A stretch of DNA of 64,000 bases, taken from NCBI GenBank assembly GCA_052279835.1, contig CP181291.1, forward strand, positions 3,392,001 to 3,456,000, in the 5' to 3' direction. The translations under genes and the position numbers were made by a program. The notes beneath the pieces are model-generated. The model was given only the letters and a program-made list of their open reading frames with translations, did not search any database and had not been told where the DNA came from. This document shows positions 1 through 8,844 of this stretch, one piece after another (the stretch's first letter is position 1; each line of letters begins with the position of its first letter). The DNA comes from Microcoleus sp. Lineage in GTDB: Bacteria; Cyanobacteriota; Cyanobacteriia; Cyanobacteriales; Microcoleaceae.

Positions 1-371
1 TCTGAGGCGATCGCCCCTTTGGCGATATCCCAACCCCGCTGGGCTTCGGTGCGATCGAATCTGGTGATAGCTTCTGGCCCAAAATATTCAGCCCTGCCCG
101 TCCTAACTTGGTCGATTAAGTGGGGAAATGCCCGCTGCAAGGCTTCTATGGCCCCGTCTTCGTCGTAGGAGCGGCCTGGTCCCTTGAGAAAGCGCAGCAG
201 TAAGACTCGCGTGGGGGAGTCTGAATTGATACCCAGCCCGATCGAGCGCAAAACTACCCCTAAAGCTGCCTGAGACTTGCCCTTGCTAGCGCCATCATAG
301 ACGTGAATCTGACCGGCCGCGCGTTCCGATCGGGATGATGCTGTCCGAATACCAATGCCATTCCTTACCAT
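1..371 (-). CDS. cobO: cob(I)yrinic acid a,c-diamide adenosyltransferase, 5' part (runs off the window start)
   Basis: Not in the ORF track. Manual translation from ATG at 371 gives MVRNGIGIRTASSRSERAAGQIHVYDGASKGKSQAALGVVLRSIGLG...RVLLLRFLKGPGRSYDEDGAI, the cyanobacterial CobA/CobO/BtuR P-loop region. Confidence 0.85.
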   Translation of the reverse strand, partial: MVRNGIGIRTASSRSERAAGQIHVYDGASKGKSQAALGVVLRSIGLGINSDSPTRVLLLRFLKGPGRSYDEDGAIEALQRAFPHLIDQVRTGRAEYFGPEAITRFDRTEAQRGWDIAKGAIAS

Positions 372-623
372 AATCAATTATTTTAGTCTGTCTTGGGGTC
401 GGTAGCTGAGGGAATTTAATGTTTTAATGTTTCCATCCTGTTAATGGATCTCGACATATTATACTATAAACAAGCTGAAAATCTGCTACCATGCCATGTC
501 CGACAGATTGGGGAAAATGTCCAGGCTGAAAATATCAAGAGGGCAAATTAGCTCGATCGTTGTCGTCCTGTTTGTGCCCGGTGGCGGAATAGATTCTACC
601 CAGCCGTTATAGTTGTAAACTTT

Positions 624-1142
624 ATGATTGCCAGTGTTTTTCCATTTCCGACTGTTTTGCTGCAAATTTTAATTTTGTTTGTGGCGATCGCGATCGAATC
701 GTGGTTCCTACAAAAACTACTTAAACTAGGCCCCAAAACCAGCGTTCAATATACAACCATCCTCAATTTATCTTGCGCCTGTCTAGGTTGGTTCCTTTTC
801 TTCGGCATTGAAAGCGTGATGCCAAAAGACCTGCGAGAACAGCTCATAGATTACATGATCTTAGGAGGAGGTCGCGATATTTACCCAGCCATAACTCTGA
901 TTGCTGTATTACTTTTAGCCATCACTTTTTTTGCCAAGTGGGAAGGATTAGAATTCCTCCAAAATTTGGTTGCTGGTACTAAAAGAACATCCAAACCTCA
1001 GTTCATAGGGCCGCCCAGCCTCACCAAGCGTCCTCCCCAAAAAACATTCCAAGTAACCACTGTTTTTGGCGCAATGTTAATTGCCCATACAGTTAGCAAT
1101 TGTGTCATTCTAACCTTGTTATTTTTGCAAACATCTAATTAA
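624..1142 (+). CDS. fraC: filament integrity/septal junction protein FraC
   Basis: 172-aa multi-TM protein (FPFPTVLLQILILFVAIAIES...GWFLFF...TFFAK...LIAHTVS) resembling Anabaena FraC; first gene of the fraC-fraD-fraE order. Confidence 0.8.
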   Translation: MIASVFPFPTVLLQILILFVAIAIESWFLQKLLKLGPKTSVQYTTILNLSCACLGWFLFFGIESVMPKDLREQLIDYMILGGGRDIYPAITLIAVLLLAITFFAKWEGLEFLQNLVAGTKRTSKPQFIGPPSLTKRPPQKTFQVTTVFGAMLIAHTVSNCVILTLLFLQTSN

Positions 1143-1208
1143 AAAAAATCTAGCAATTTTTTCAGGAATTAAGAATTACTTAATCCCTGAAATTATGACC
1201 TAGGGTTC

Positions 1209-1329
1209 GGGTGCATCTGTGTTTGGCAAATATATTCGTAGGGGCGAAGCATGACGGCTGTAAATCTCTGGTTATCACTAACAAATTGTCTGCGGTCATG
1301 CTTCGCCTATGCAAAATCGGGATGCTCCC
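1209..1329. mobile_element. 121-bp MITE (family B) with internal GTAG-type REP hairpin
   Basis: Ends GGGTGCATC...GATGCTCCC flanked by an 8-bp direct repeat TAGGGTTC (1201-1208, 1330-1337). Internal GTAGGGGCGAAGCATGAC...GTCATGCTTCGCC stem. Second copy at 21716. Confidence 0.75.
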
Positions 1330-1334
1330 TAGGG

Positions 1335-1425
1335 TTCCATCTTCCATCTTCCATCTTCCATCTTCCATCTTCCATCTTCCTTCTTCCTTCTTCCTTCTTC
1401 CTTCTTCCTTCTTCCTTCTTCCTTC
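1335..1425 (+). repeat. heptamer tandem repeats (TTCCATC)n then (TTCCTTC)n, STRR-like
   Basis: Directly visible; ends just before the fraD ATG. Confidence 0.95.
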
Positions 1426-1428
1426 TAT

Positions 1429-2427
1429 ATGATGAAGCAATTTTTAGATATCACCCAGCAACTGACAAAGCTGACCAACAACCTTTTGGAAGTCAATAAA
1501 AAAGTCCAAAAGCAGATACTTCCGCCTAAAGTAGTCCACTGGAAAACACCTTTACTGATTAGCATATTGTTGGCATTACTGTCCGTGGCAGCCTTCACAG
1601 ACGGGCCAACCAGAACAACCATTGCTGATTTGAGTTGGTTATCTTTTATAATCTCCATGGGTCTCTTGACCAGTCAGCCACCTTTTGTGATTTACGGAGT
1701 CAGTATTAGTCCGTGGGTGACAAGTGTCTTAGTTGGCCTGTGGCTATTAGTAAGATTGCCACCAGATAGTCGGCCAATAGCATGGATAGCAGGACCGCTG
1801 ATCGCAGTAGTAGTTCTAGCGGCCATAGAAATTTGGAATAGTGAATCCAAATGGGACAAAATTAAATCGCTAATTCAACCAGAATTTTTAATTTTAACCC
1901 TGATTCATGTGATGATTTCTTGTTGGTTTGGTTTCCATTTTTTGATTCAAGGTTGGCTGCAAGATTATCCAAGTGTTTTGTCACAAAATTTGAAAGAAAG
2001 TCATTATTTAGTGACATTTCAAGGGCCAACAATTAATCGTTCTAGAGGTGTAATTATCCTCAATGAAATGGAAAAATATCTCAAAAATCAAGCAGCAACC
2101 AAACCTTGGCCGCAGATAGAACAAATGCTGATAGATATTGACAACGAGCGATTTTTCCTCAAAAATGAAGCGTTGAAAAAAATTCAGATAGTTCCAGAAG
2201 ATGGGAGTTGGGATGTCAAAACTTCCATCGTCCAAGGAGAGTCTCGTTATCAGTTAGAGATGCAAGCTACTTGGCTAGGACTGGTTTTTAGACCGGAAAT
2301 ATATTCCTTTACCCAGTCTTGCGAAGTGATAAATATTGGTAATGCGGCGACGGTAGACTGTGGGGCTATCAAACGCTCTAAGCCGGGGCTAAAAAAGAAT
2401 GGAAGTGGAGGAGATAGTCAAGTTTGA
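1429..2427 (+). CDS. fraD: septal junction protein FraD (DUF5357)
   Basis: N-terminal TM bundle, SCWFGFHFLIQGWLQDYPS motif, periplasmic C-terminus with two Cys; lies between fraC and an ABC permease gene. Confidence 0.8.
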   Translation: MMKQFLDITQQLTKLTNNLLEVNKKVQKQILPPKVVHWKTPLLISILLALLSVAAFTDGPTRTTIADLSWLSFIISMGLLTSQPPFVIYGVSISPWVTSVLVGLWLLVRLPPDSRPIAWIAGPLIAVVVLAAIEIWNSESKWDKIKSLIQPEFLILTLIHVMISCWFGFHFLIQGWLQDYPSVLSQNLKESHYLVTFQGPTINRSRGVIILNEMEKYLKNQAATKPWPQIEQMLIDIDNERFFLKNEALKKIQIVPEDGSWDVKTSIVQGESRYQLEMQATWLGLVFRPEIYSFTQSCEVINIGNAATVDCGAIKRSKPGLKKNGSGGDSQV

Positions 2428-2447
2428 TCCTGCTGCTAAATACCAAT

Positions 2448-2479
2448 AACCCCGACTCTCCAGAAGTTGTCGGGGTTCT
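2448..2479. repeat. ~32-bp hairpin repeat (family D, ACCCCGAC...GTCGGGGTT)
   Basis: Related copies at 4357-4389, 50452-50485 and 63446-63480, mostly downstream of genes. Confidence 0.7.
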
Positions 2480-2505
2480 CAAACCAATTACCAATTAGCT
2501 AGTAA

Positions 2506-3279
2506 ATGAATCTCCGAAGAATTTTGACAGTTGCCATTAATGTATTTTGGGAAGTAATTCGCGATCGCATTCTTTACTTAATAGTTATTTTTGCTCTGTT
2601 GATGGCAGCAACAGTGCGGTTAATCCCGGAATTGGCGGCAACAACAGAGCAAAAAATCATCTTAGATACTGGGTTGGCAGCTATTAGTATTTTCGGTCTA
2701 ATTGTCACAGTCTTTGTTGCTACCGGATTGGTAAACAAAGAAATTGAAAAACGCACTGTTTACCTGTTAATTGCCAAGCCGATAAGTCGCGCTGAATTAA
2801 TTGTTGGTAAACACTTAGGGCTGTCGGCGGTACTAGGTGTCCTTGTGGCGGCAATGACTGTTATTTATCTGGCAATTCTGAGTTTAAGTCGCATTAATTA
2901 CCCTTTGCCAAGCATTTTAATAGCTTCACTATTCATCTGGTTTGAACTATGTTTGGTCGCGGCTGTAGGGATTTTATTGGGAGTTTTTAGTAGTTCGTTG
3001 CTAGCAAGTTTACTGACATTTGGTGTCTATTTAGTGGGAAACTCAACGCGGGATTTAGTGGCTTTGGGTAAGTTAACTAAGAATCCTGGTATTGAACAAT
3101 TGATGATGGGACTTTATCTCATTTTGCCAGATTTGGCTAGATTTAATTTGAGAAATGATGCTGTTTACGGACAAGTTCCTTACTTAGCGGCTATGATTAC
3201 AAATGTCGGCTATGGTTTGTTGTATGGGGTGCTGCTGCTGTCAATTTCAGTGGCTATATTTTCTCGTAGAGAATTTTAA
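2506..3279 (+). CDS. fraE: ABC transporter permease FraE
   Basis: ABC-2 type permease (EVIRDRILY, KEIEKRTVYLLIAKPISR, FSRREF); third gene of fraCDE. Confidence 0.8.
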   Translation: MNLRRILTVAINVFWEVIRDRILYLIVIFALLMAATVRLIPELAATTEQKIILDTGLAAISIFGLIVTVFVATGLVNKEIEKRTVYLLIAKPISRAELIVGKHLGLSAVLGVLVAAMTVIYLAILSLSRINYPLPSILIASLFIWFELCLVAAVGILLGVFSSSLLASLLTFGVYLVGNSTRDLVALGKLTKNPGIEQLMMGLYLILPDLARFNLRNDAVYGQVPYLAAMITNVGYGLLYGVLLLSISVAIFSRREF

Positions 3280-3290
3280 CCCTCATCTTC

Positions 3291-3395
3291 TATAGCAATC
3301 CTCGCATCATTTGTGAATTTCTTACTCCCTCCCCTTGCTAAGGTCCGGGCTGGGGTGGGGTAAAAAAATTTACGACTCCTGCAAGGATTGCTATA
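3291..3395. mobile_element. 105-bp MITE with TATAGCAATCCT terminal inverted repeats
   Basis: Left TATAGCAATCCTCGCA matches the reverse complement of the right end at 15/16 positions; TA termini; internal family-C GC palindrome. Confidence 0.8.
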
Positions 3396-3506
3396 TACCT
3401 TCAGCGGGTGCAGTAAAATTGAATTGGTCAGCTAGAATATAGAAAAGATTATCGATCGCCAATCTCGACTAAAAATAAAACTTTTATTGGTAAAATGAGG
3501 TGTCCT

Positions 3507-4328
3507 ATGACTGCTGTAATTCACAAACCAATATCACAGCTAAAAATTACCTGGCCGCTGCTACCCGATGATTTTATTCTACCAGATGACCCCGTGGAAA
3601 ATATAGAACATCCTTTAATCGCGAATGGTTTACGCCAGTCTGTAGTGGATTGCCCGGAACTAATACAAGACGCACTGATAGTTTCTAATTTTGCATTGTG
3701 TGCTGCTGTGGACGATCGCACTATTTGCAAAGGCCCAGATTGGATGTACGTGCGGCCCGTGCAAGCTTGGCCTCACAACTATCCCCGTCGTAGTTACACG
3801 CCTCATACCGAAGGAACAGTGCCTTCTGTAGTGATGGAATTTCTCTCAGCTACTTACGGTGATGAATACTCTGTCGAACATACAGAAGAAATCGGTAAGT
3901 GGTTTTTTTATGAACAAGTAATCAAAGTTCCTCGCTATGTGATTTTTCGACCGCATACGGGCAGAATAGAAGTCTATGCCCTGGAATCGGAGCGATACAA
4001 CAATCAAGAACCAGATGAAAATGGGCGTTATTTGATACCTGGATTGGATCTGTTTTTGGGAGTTTGGGTGGGTACTCGCGAAGGTAGAACAGGAAATTGG
4101 CTGCGCTGGTGGAATATGGCGGGGGAGTTGCTGTTGTGGCCAGAAGAACGGGCAGAAGCTGAACGCCAGCGCGCAGAAGCCGAACACCAGCGCGCAGAAG
4201 CCGAACGCCAGCGCGCAGAAGCCCAAAGCCAAGAAAAAGAGTTAGTCCAGACTCTGCTGGAACAGGAAAGACAGCGCAATCAAGAGCTTTTGGCTAGATT
4301 AGCCGCCCTTGGCATCGATCCAGAATAA
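3507..4328 (+). CDS. Uma2 (DUF820) family PD-(D/E)XK endonuclease with coiled-coil tail
   Basis: LPDDFILPDDPVENIEHP, PDWMYV, VVMEFLS, KWFFYEQV motifs; AEAERQR x3 tail. Start moved to ATG 3507, which follows GAGGTG. Confidence 0.85.
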   Translation: MTAVIHKPISQLKITWPLLPDDFILPDDPVENIEHPLIANGLRQSVVDCPELIQDALIVSNFALCAAVDDRTICKGPDWMYVRPVQAWPHNYPRRSYTPHTEGTVPSVVMEFLSATYGDEYSVEHTEEIGKWFFYEQVIKVPRYVIFRPHTGRIEVYALESERYNNQEPDENGRYLIPGLDLFLGVWVGTREGRTGNWLRWWNMAGELLLWPEERAEAERQRAEAEHQRAEAERQRAEAQSQEKELVQTLLEQERQRNQELLARLAALGIDPE

Positions 4329-4427
4329 GTAAACCTACTTAAAAAACCAAACACTCAGAACCCTGACTTCTTCTTGAAGTCGGGGATCTAATATCGATCG
4401 CATTTTACAGCACTCAAAATAGAAATC

Positions 4428-5255
4428 ATGTTAGTCGAAAAACTCGAAAAATTACAAACTCTCTTCGCAGAAATGGATTGGGCGCTGATTGCCTACTCTG
4501 GCGGTATTGATAGCACTTTGGTGGCAAAAATTGCTTTTGATGTCTTGGGCGATCGCGCTTTGGCCGTGACAGCAGTTTCCCCATCTTTATTGCCAGAAGA
4601 TTTAGAAGATGCGCGGATTCAAGCAGCAGAAATTGGGATTGCCCACCAAGAGGTGGAAACTCAAGAAATGGCAAATCCTAATTACACTTCTAACCCGGTT
4701 AATCGCTGCTATTTTTGCAAAAGCGAACTGCACGATACTTTGAAACCGCTAGCACTCGCTAAGGGTTATCCTTATGTGGTGGATGGGGTCAATGCTGATG
4801 ATTTAAAGGATTATCGTCCGGGGATTTTGGCGGCGAAGGAACGGGGAGCCCGATCGCCTTTGGCAGAAGTCGGCATGGCTAAATTTGAAGTGCGACAATT
4901 GGCCAAAGAATTAAATTTGCCTTGGTGGGACAAACCAGCTCAACCTTGTCTGAGTTCGCGCTTTCCCTACGGTGAAGAAATCACCGCGGCTAAGTTGCAA
5001 AGAGTTGGGCGCGCTGAACGGTATTTGCGGCAGTTGGGACTGAAAAATCTGCGAGTGCGATCGGACCAAGATACGGCGCGCATTGAGTTACCAGCGGATG
5101 AGATTCAGGAATTTGTGTTAAAGACGGATTTGTCTGCATTGGTGGCCGTATTTCAAGAGTTTGGTTTTGTTTACGCGACTTTGGATTTGGAGGGATTTCG
5201 CAGCGGCAAATTAAATCAGGTTTTGCAGCCGGAGTTGTTGCAAAAAAAAGGTTGA
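4428..5255 (+). CDS. larE: ATP-dependent sacrificial sulfur transferase LarE family (PP-loop)
   Basis: AYSGGIDST PP-loop, RCYFCK, DYRPG, CLSSRFPYG, GFRSGKLN. Confidence 0.9.
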   Translation: MLVEKLEKLQTLFAEMDWALIAYSGGIDSTLVAKIAFDVLGDRALAVTAVSPSLLPEDLEDARIQAAEIGIAHQEVETQEMANPNYTSNPVNRCYFCKSELHDTLKPLALAKGYPYVVDGVNADDLKDYRPGILAAKERGARSPLAEVGMAKFEVRQLAKELNLPWWDKPAQPCLSSRFPYGEEITAAKLQRVGRAERYLRQLGLKNLRVRSDQDTARIELPADEIQEFVLKTDLSALVAVFQEFGFVYATLDLEGFRSGKLNQVLQPELLQKKG

Positions 5256-5359
5256 TTAGTTCTCCTGCAAAAGTGTGAGTACAACATGGTGTTAGTCCCC
5301 ATCGATCGGGGGCTAGGCACTCTGGGCACTAATTCATTACTGATGCAGGCCCGCTCTTG

Positions 5360-5399
5360 ATAGTATTGGCGATCGGTCAAACCCGATCGCCAATACTAT
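5360..5399. terminator. perfect 17-bp stem hairpin between convergent larE and glcF (possible bidirectional terminator)
   Basis: ATAGTATTGGCGATCGG-tcaaac-CCGATCGCCAATACTAT. Confidence 0.55.
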
Positions 5400-5502
5400 A
5401 ATACCTTGCTCCTGCGACAATTAATCCACCCTGCCCCCTGACCCCCCCCAGGGGGGGAAGGGTATAGGGCATTACCTATTACCTATTACCTATTACCTAT
5501 TA

Positions 5503-6912
5503 CTACTTCCTCTGCAATTTAATACCTCTCATAGAATAATCTAAAAGCTCCATGGGGTGCATCAAACAAACTGCCTTTCCCTGCAACTCCAAATGCTTCT
5601 TAATTTGTAGCGAACAACCAGGATTAGAAGAAGCAATCAACTCCGCTCCAGTATTCAGCAAATTCTCCACCTTTTGCTGTCCCAATTCATCAGCCACCTC
5701 CGGCTGCAACAGATTATAAACACCCGCACTCCCGCAGCACAAAGCAGCATCCATAGGTTCTTTTAACTTCACTCCCGGAATTTGTTGCAACAACTGACGA
5801 GGTTGAGCACTAATCTTTTGTCCGTGCAACAAATGACAAGCATCCTGATAAACAATTGTCAAATCTCCGTCCACCAAAGGATGAAGTTTTGCCGTCATAC
5901 CCGCCATTGCCAAAAACTCTTGCACGTCTTTCACATTAGCTGCAAATGCTTCAGCTTTCTCGCGATATTCCGGGTCATCTGCTAAAATATGACCGTATTC
6001 TTTCAAAGTGTGACCACAACCCGCAGCATTGATAATCACAAAATCGACACCCGTATTTTCAAAGCTGTCAATCATTTGTCTCGCCAAAGTTTGTGCCTGT
6101 TGCGCTTGTCCTTGGTGTTCGGGTAAAGCAGCACAACATCCCTGACTTTTGGGAATCACCACCTCACAACCATTAGCCGTTAAAACACGCACCGTAGCTT
6201 CATTAACCGGGGAAAACAACAGCCGCTGTACACAGCCTAAAATCACACCGACTCGATAGCGTTTTTCGCCTTGGGCTGGAATTACCGCTGGTAAATTATC
6301 CCGGAAAGAATCAATAGTAACTTTCGGCAAAATTGATTCCATCGCAGCCAAACGGGGAAATACTTTTTTCAGTAAACCTGTGCTGCGAACCAGTTGAGGT
6401 AGTCCTAATTTTTGATAAATAAACAAAGGCAAAAGTAAAGGCCGCAATCGGTGAGGATAGGGAAAAAGATTAAAAATCAGAGTGCGAATTACATTATCAG
6501 AAAAAGAGCGTTCCTGATTCCGAGAAACTTGGTGACGTGTGGCGGAAATTAATTTATCGTATTGTACACCCGACGGACAAGTAGTAACACAGGCCAAACA
6601 GCCCAAACAAGTATCAAAATGCTGGGAAGTTGCTTCATTCAAAGGAGCTTCACCTTCGTTAATCGCATCCATCAAATAAATGCGGCCTCTGGGGGAATCC
6701 ATTTCTTTACCCAGTACCCGATAACTAGGACAAGTGGACAAACAAAAGCCACAGTGCACGCAAGTATCGATTAATTTTGGATTAGGTGGATTATTAGTAT
6801 CAAAACCCTGTAATTCTGGACTTTGTAAATGAGAATTTTGTGCTAAAAAATTGCTCTCCTTAGCAGGCTTAAAATTGTCGCTGGGAACTTGAGATTTTTC
6901 GGAAGTTTGCAT
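5503..6912 (-). CDS. glcF: glycolate oxidase iron-sulfur subunit
   Basis: CVHCGFCLSTCP and CLGCLACVTTCP 4Fe-4S motifs plus CCG domains; adjacent to glcE. Confidence 0.9.
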   Translation of the reverse strand: MQTSEKSQVPSDNFKPAKESNFLAQNSHLQSPELQGFDTNNPPNPKLIDTCVHCGFCLSTCPSYRVLGKEMDSPRGRIYLMDAINEGEAPLNEATSQHFDTCLGCLACVTTCPSGVQYDKLISATRHQVSRNQERSFSDNVIRTLIFNLFPYPHRLRPLLLPLFIYQKLGLPQLVRSTGLLKKVFPRLAAMESILPKVTIDSFRDNLPAVIPAQGEKRYRVGVILGCVQRLLFSPVNEATVRVLTANGCEVVIPKSQGCCAALPEHQGQAQQAQTLARQMIDSFENTGVDFVIINAAGCGHTLKEYGHILADDPEYREKAEAFAANVKDVQEFLAMAGMTAKLHPLVDGDLTIVYQDACHLLHGQKISAQPRQLLQQIPGVKLKEPMDAALCCGSAGVYNLLQPEVADELGQQKVENLLNTGAELIASSNPGCSLQIKKHLELQGKAVCLMHPMELLDYSMRGIKLQRK

Positions 6913-7087
6913 AGGGCAGAAAGAAGAAATAAGAAAAAATGAACCAAGAATAAAGCTTTAGTTATTGAAAATCGAAATCAGAAGCAAACAAATACCTCTC
7001 TTCTCTTCTTTTCTCCTCCTTCGTGGTCTTCGCGTCTTCGCGGTTCGTCAAAAAACAAAGACTGAAGTCCTTACTACAAACTTTAAA

Positions 7088-8422
7088 CTAAATACCATTA
7101 ATAAAACGATTGGGGCTCAAAATATTTTGCGAGTCAAATTGTTTTTTAATCCGGCGCATAAGATCGATCGCACTTCCAGTATAGCCCCAAACATCCAACT
7201 GTTGCTTGAGAGCAGGAGACGCAGCCAAAACAGTCAAAAAACCTGCTTTCGCTTCAGAGACTCGGCGTATTTGCAACAGTGTTTCCGCAGTCACAGTCTG
7301 ATCAAAGCGCAAAATCCCCAAACCGCTACCTGCATGAATCACAGCATCCTGTATGGGCAATTCGTCCATTGCCTTGACAGCTTCGGAGGGCCTGACTCCT
7401 ATTTTGCAAATAATCGGAGAGTCTTGGGTATGATTCCAGATAGTTTCTGGCAATGTTTGCCATAACTGATGGTCATCATTTTCGTCCCAGCTAGCCCCTT
7501 GCAAACCCAACTTTTCACCAACTGACCGCAAGCGGGCTGATTGTTGTTTAACACTCTCTGGGATACTTTGAAATCTGACTATTAATCCTAAGCCCTTTCC
7601 TAAACCTAATTTGGCGACTAAATCCGGTGATAGTAAATCCACGGCTGTGGGAGTCAAAGCCGAAGATAAGAGGATTTGGGTTGCTTGAGTTAAAGGCCCT
7701 GGTGCCCCAGTCAAGAGGACTGTTTCGGAGGCGACGGGGAGGGGATAAACTCGGAAAGTGACTTGACTAATGATACCTAAAGTGCCGTAAGCACCGGTAA
7801 ATAGTTTCATCAAATCGTAACCGGCGACGTTTTTGACTACTCGGCCACCCGCAGTGGCTATTTTACCGTCCGATCGCACAAAAGTCATTCCCAACAGCAA
7901 ATCGCGAACGCCCCGATAGCGATGGCGCAGGGAACCCGCGTCAGCAGTAGCGACAATGCCACCCAAGGTTGCTTGCTGTGGATAGGCCGGATCGATGGGC
8001 AAAAACTGACCGGCGGCGGCTAAAACTTGCTGTAAATCCGCAAACTTCATCCCCGCTTCCGCAGTCACGGTTAAATCGCCTACAGCGTGTTCTATCAATC
8101 GATTCAGGCGCGAAGTGTTGACAGCCATGAGTCGGAGATTCGAGTCTAATTTGACCAAACCGCCCCAATCCAGTTTACTGCCGCCACCACAAGGCAAGAC
8201 AGCGTAACCATTTTGCCCAGCCCAAGCAATCACAGCCGCCAGTTCTGCCTGGGTATTGGGATAAACGATGCTGTCTACTTTAGTGCCGGGGCTAACTGCT
8301 GTGTCTATCTGTTGTTGCCAAAAAGCCTCTGTATCTTGCCACTGACAGATGCCAGCATTGCCGACAATAGTTTCTAGTTGTTTGATTTGTGCCAAGTTTA
8401 TAGTCACCTGATTTAATAGCAA
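7088..8422 (-). CDS. glcE: glycolate oxidase FAD-binding subunit
   Basis: GGGSKLDWG, ATLGG, GGRVVKNVAGYDLMKLFTG, FDSQNILSPNRF. Exact start uncertain. Confidence 0.85.
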   Translation of the reverse strand: MLLNQVTINLAQIKQLETIVGNAGICQWQDTEAFWQQQIDTAVSPGTKVDSIVYPNTQAELAAVIAWAGQNGYAVLPCGGGSKLDWGGLVKLDSNLRLMAVNTSRLNRLIEHAVGDLTVTAEAGMKFADLQQVLAAAGQFLPIDPAYPQQATLGGIVATADAGSLRHRYRGVRDLLLGMTFVRSDGKIATAGGRVVKNVAGYDLMKLFTGAYGTLGIISQVTFRVYPLPVASETVLLTGAPGPLTQATQILLSSALTPTAVDLLSPDLVAKLGLGKGLGLIVRFQSIPESVKQQSARLRSVGEKLGLQGASWDENDDHQLWQTLPETIWNHTQDSPIICKIGVRPSEAVKAMDELPIQDAVIHAGSGLGILRFDQTVTAETLLQIRRVSEAKAGFLTVLAASPALKQQLDVWGYTGSAIDLMRRIKKQFDSQNILSPNRFINGI

Positions 8423-8554
8423 TACGGCAAAAAGTGCGATCGAGCTAACCTTGCAGCATTCTCAATAAGCTGTCGGGGTGGGTTCACCTCCAAATTCGCC
8501 ATAATTCACCCCAAATACTGTACCACAATATCCACACCTACCTACTAATCGGCT

Positions 8555-8697
8555 CTTCGTTTCAACCCCGGCTTCATAGCACAAATCATCTCTAAACGAA
8601 CTGAAATACACATTTTTTGATAATTATTTTCAGGTTTTTTTGACAGTGGGTTGAAACCGAATTTGGCGATGGGACTGGGATTTAAATCCCTGGCGGT
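8555..8697. repeat. degenerate intergenic copy of the REP-doublet element (family R)
   Basis: gtttcaacccc-ggcttcatagcacaaatc...ctgaa and cagtgggttgaaaccgaatttggcgatgggactgggatttaaatccctggcgg resemble the two arms of 9209-9333. Confidence 0.55.
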
Positions 8698-8844
8698 TTT
8701 CGGTAAAAAGCAATCGATTGGAGCGCTATAAAGGACTATGTATCAATACATTTTTATTAAATCTTAACAGATCTTTAGGCAATAAGCCGTTATCGTTGGT
8801 ACAACAAATTTTGACTCTTTTTTCAACTCAGCATTAGGTGTATA

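Noticed and set aside
1180..1499. Short ORFs such as LPSSIFH and EEGRRKK repeats (also 34985-35218 and 43574-43813)
   Set aside because: They are translations of stop-free heptamer arrays, not credible genes.
8738..8752. ATGTATCAATACAT palindrome as an NtcA site
   Set aside because: The GTA-TAC spacing is 4 nt, not 8; it may bind another factor but cannot be assigned.
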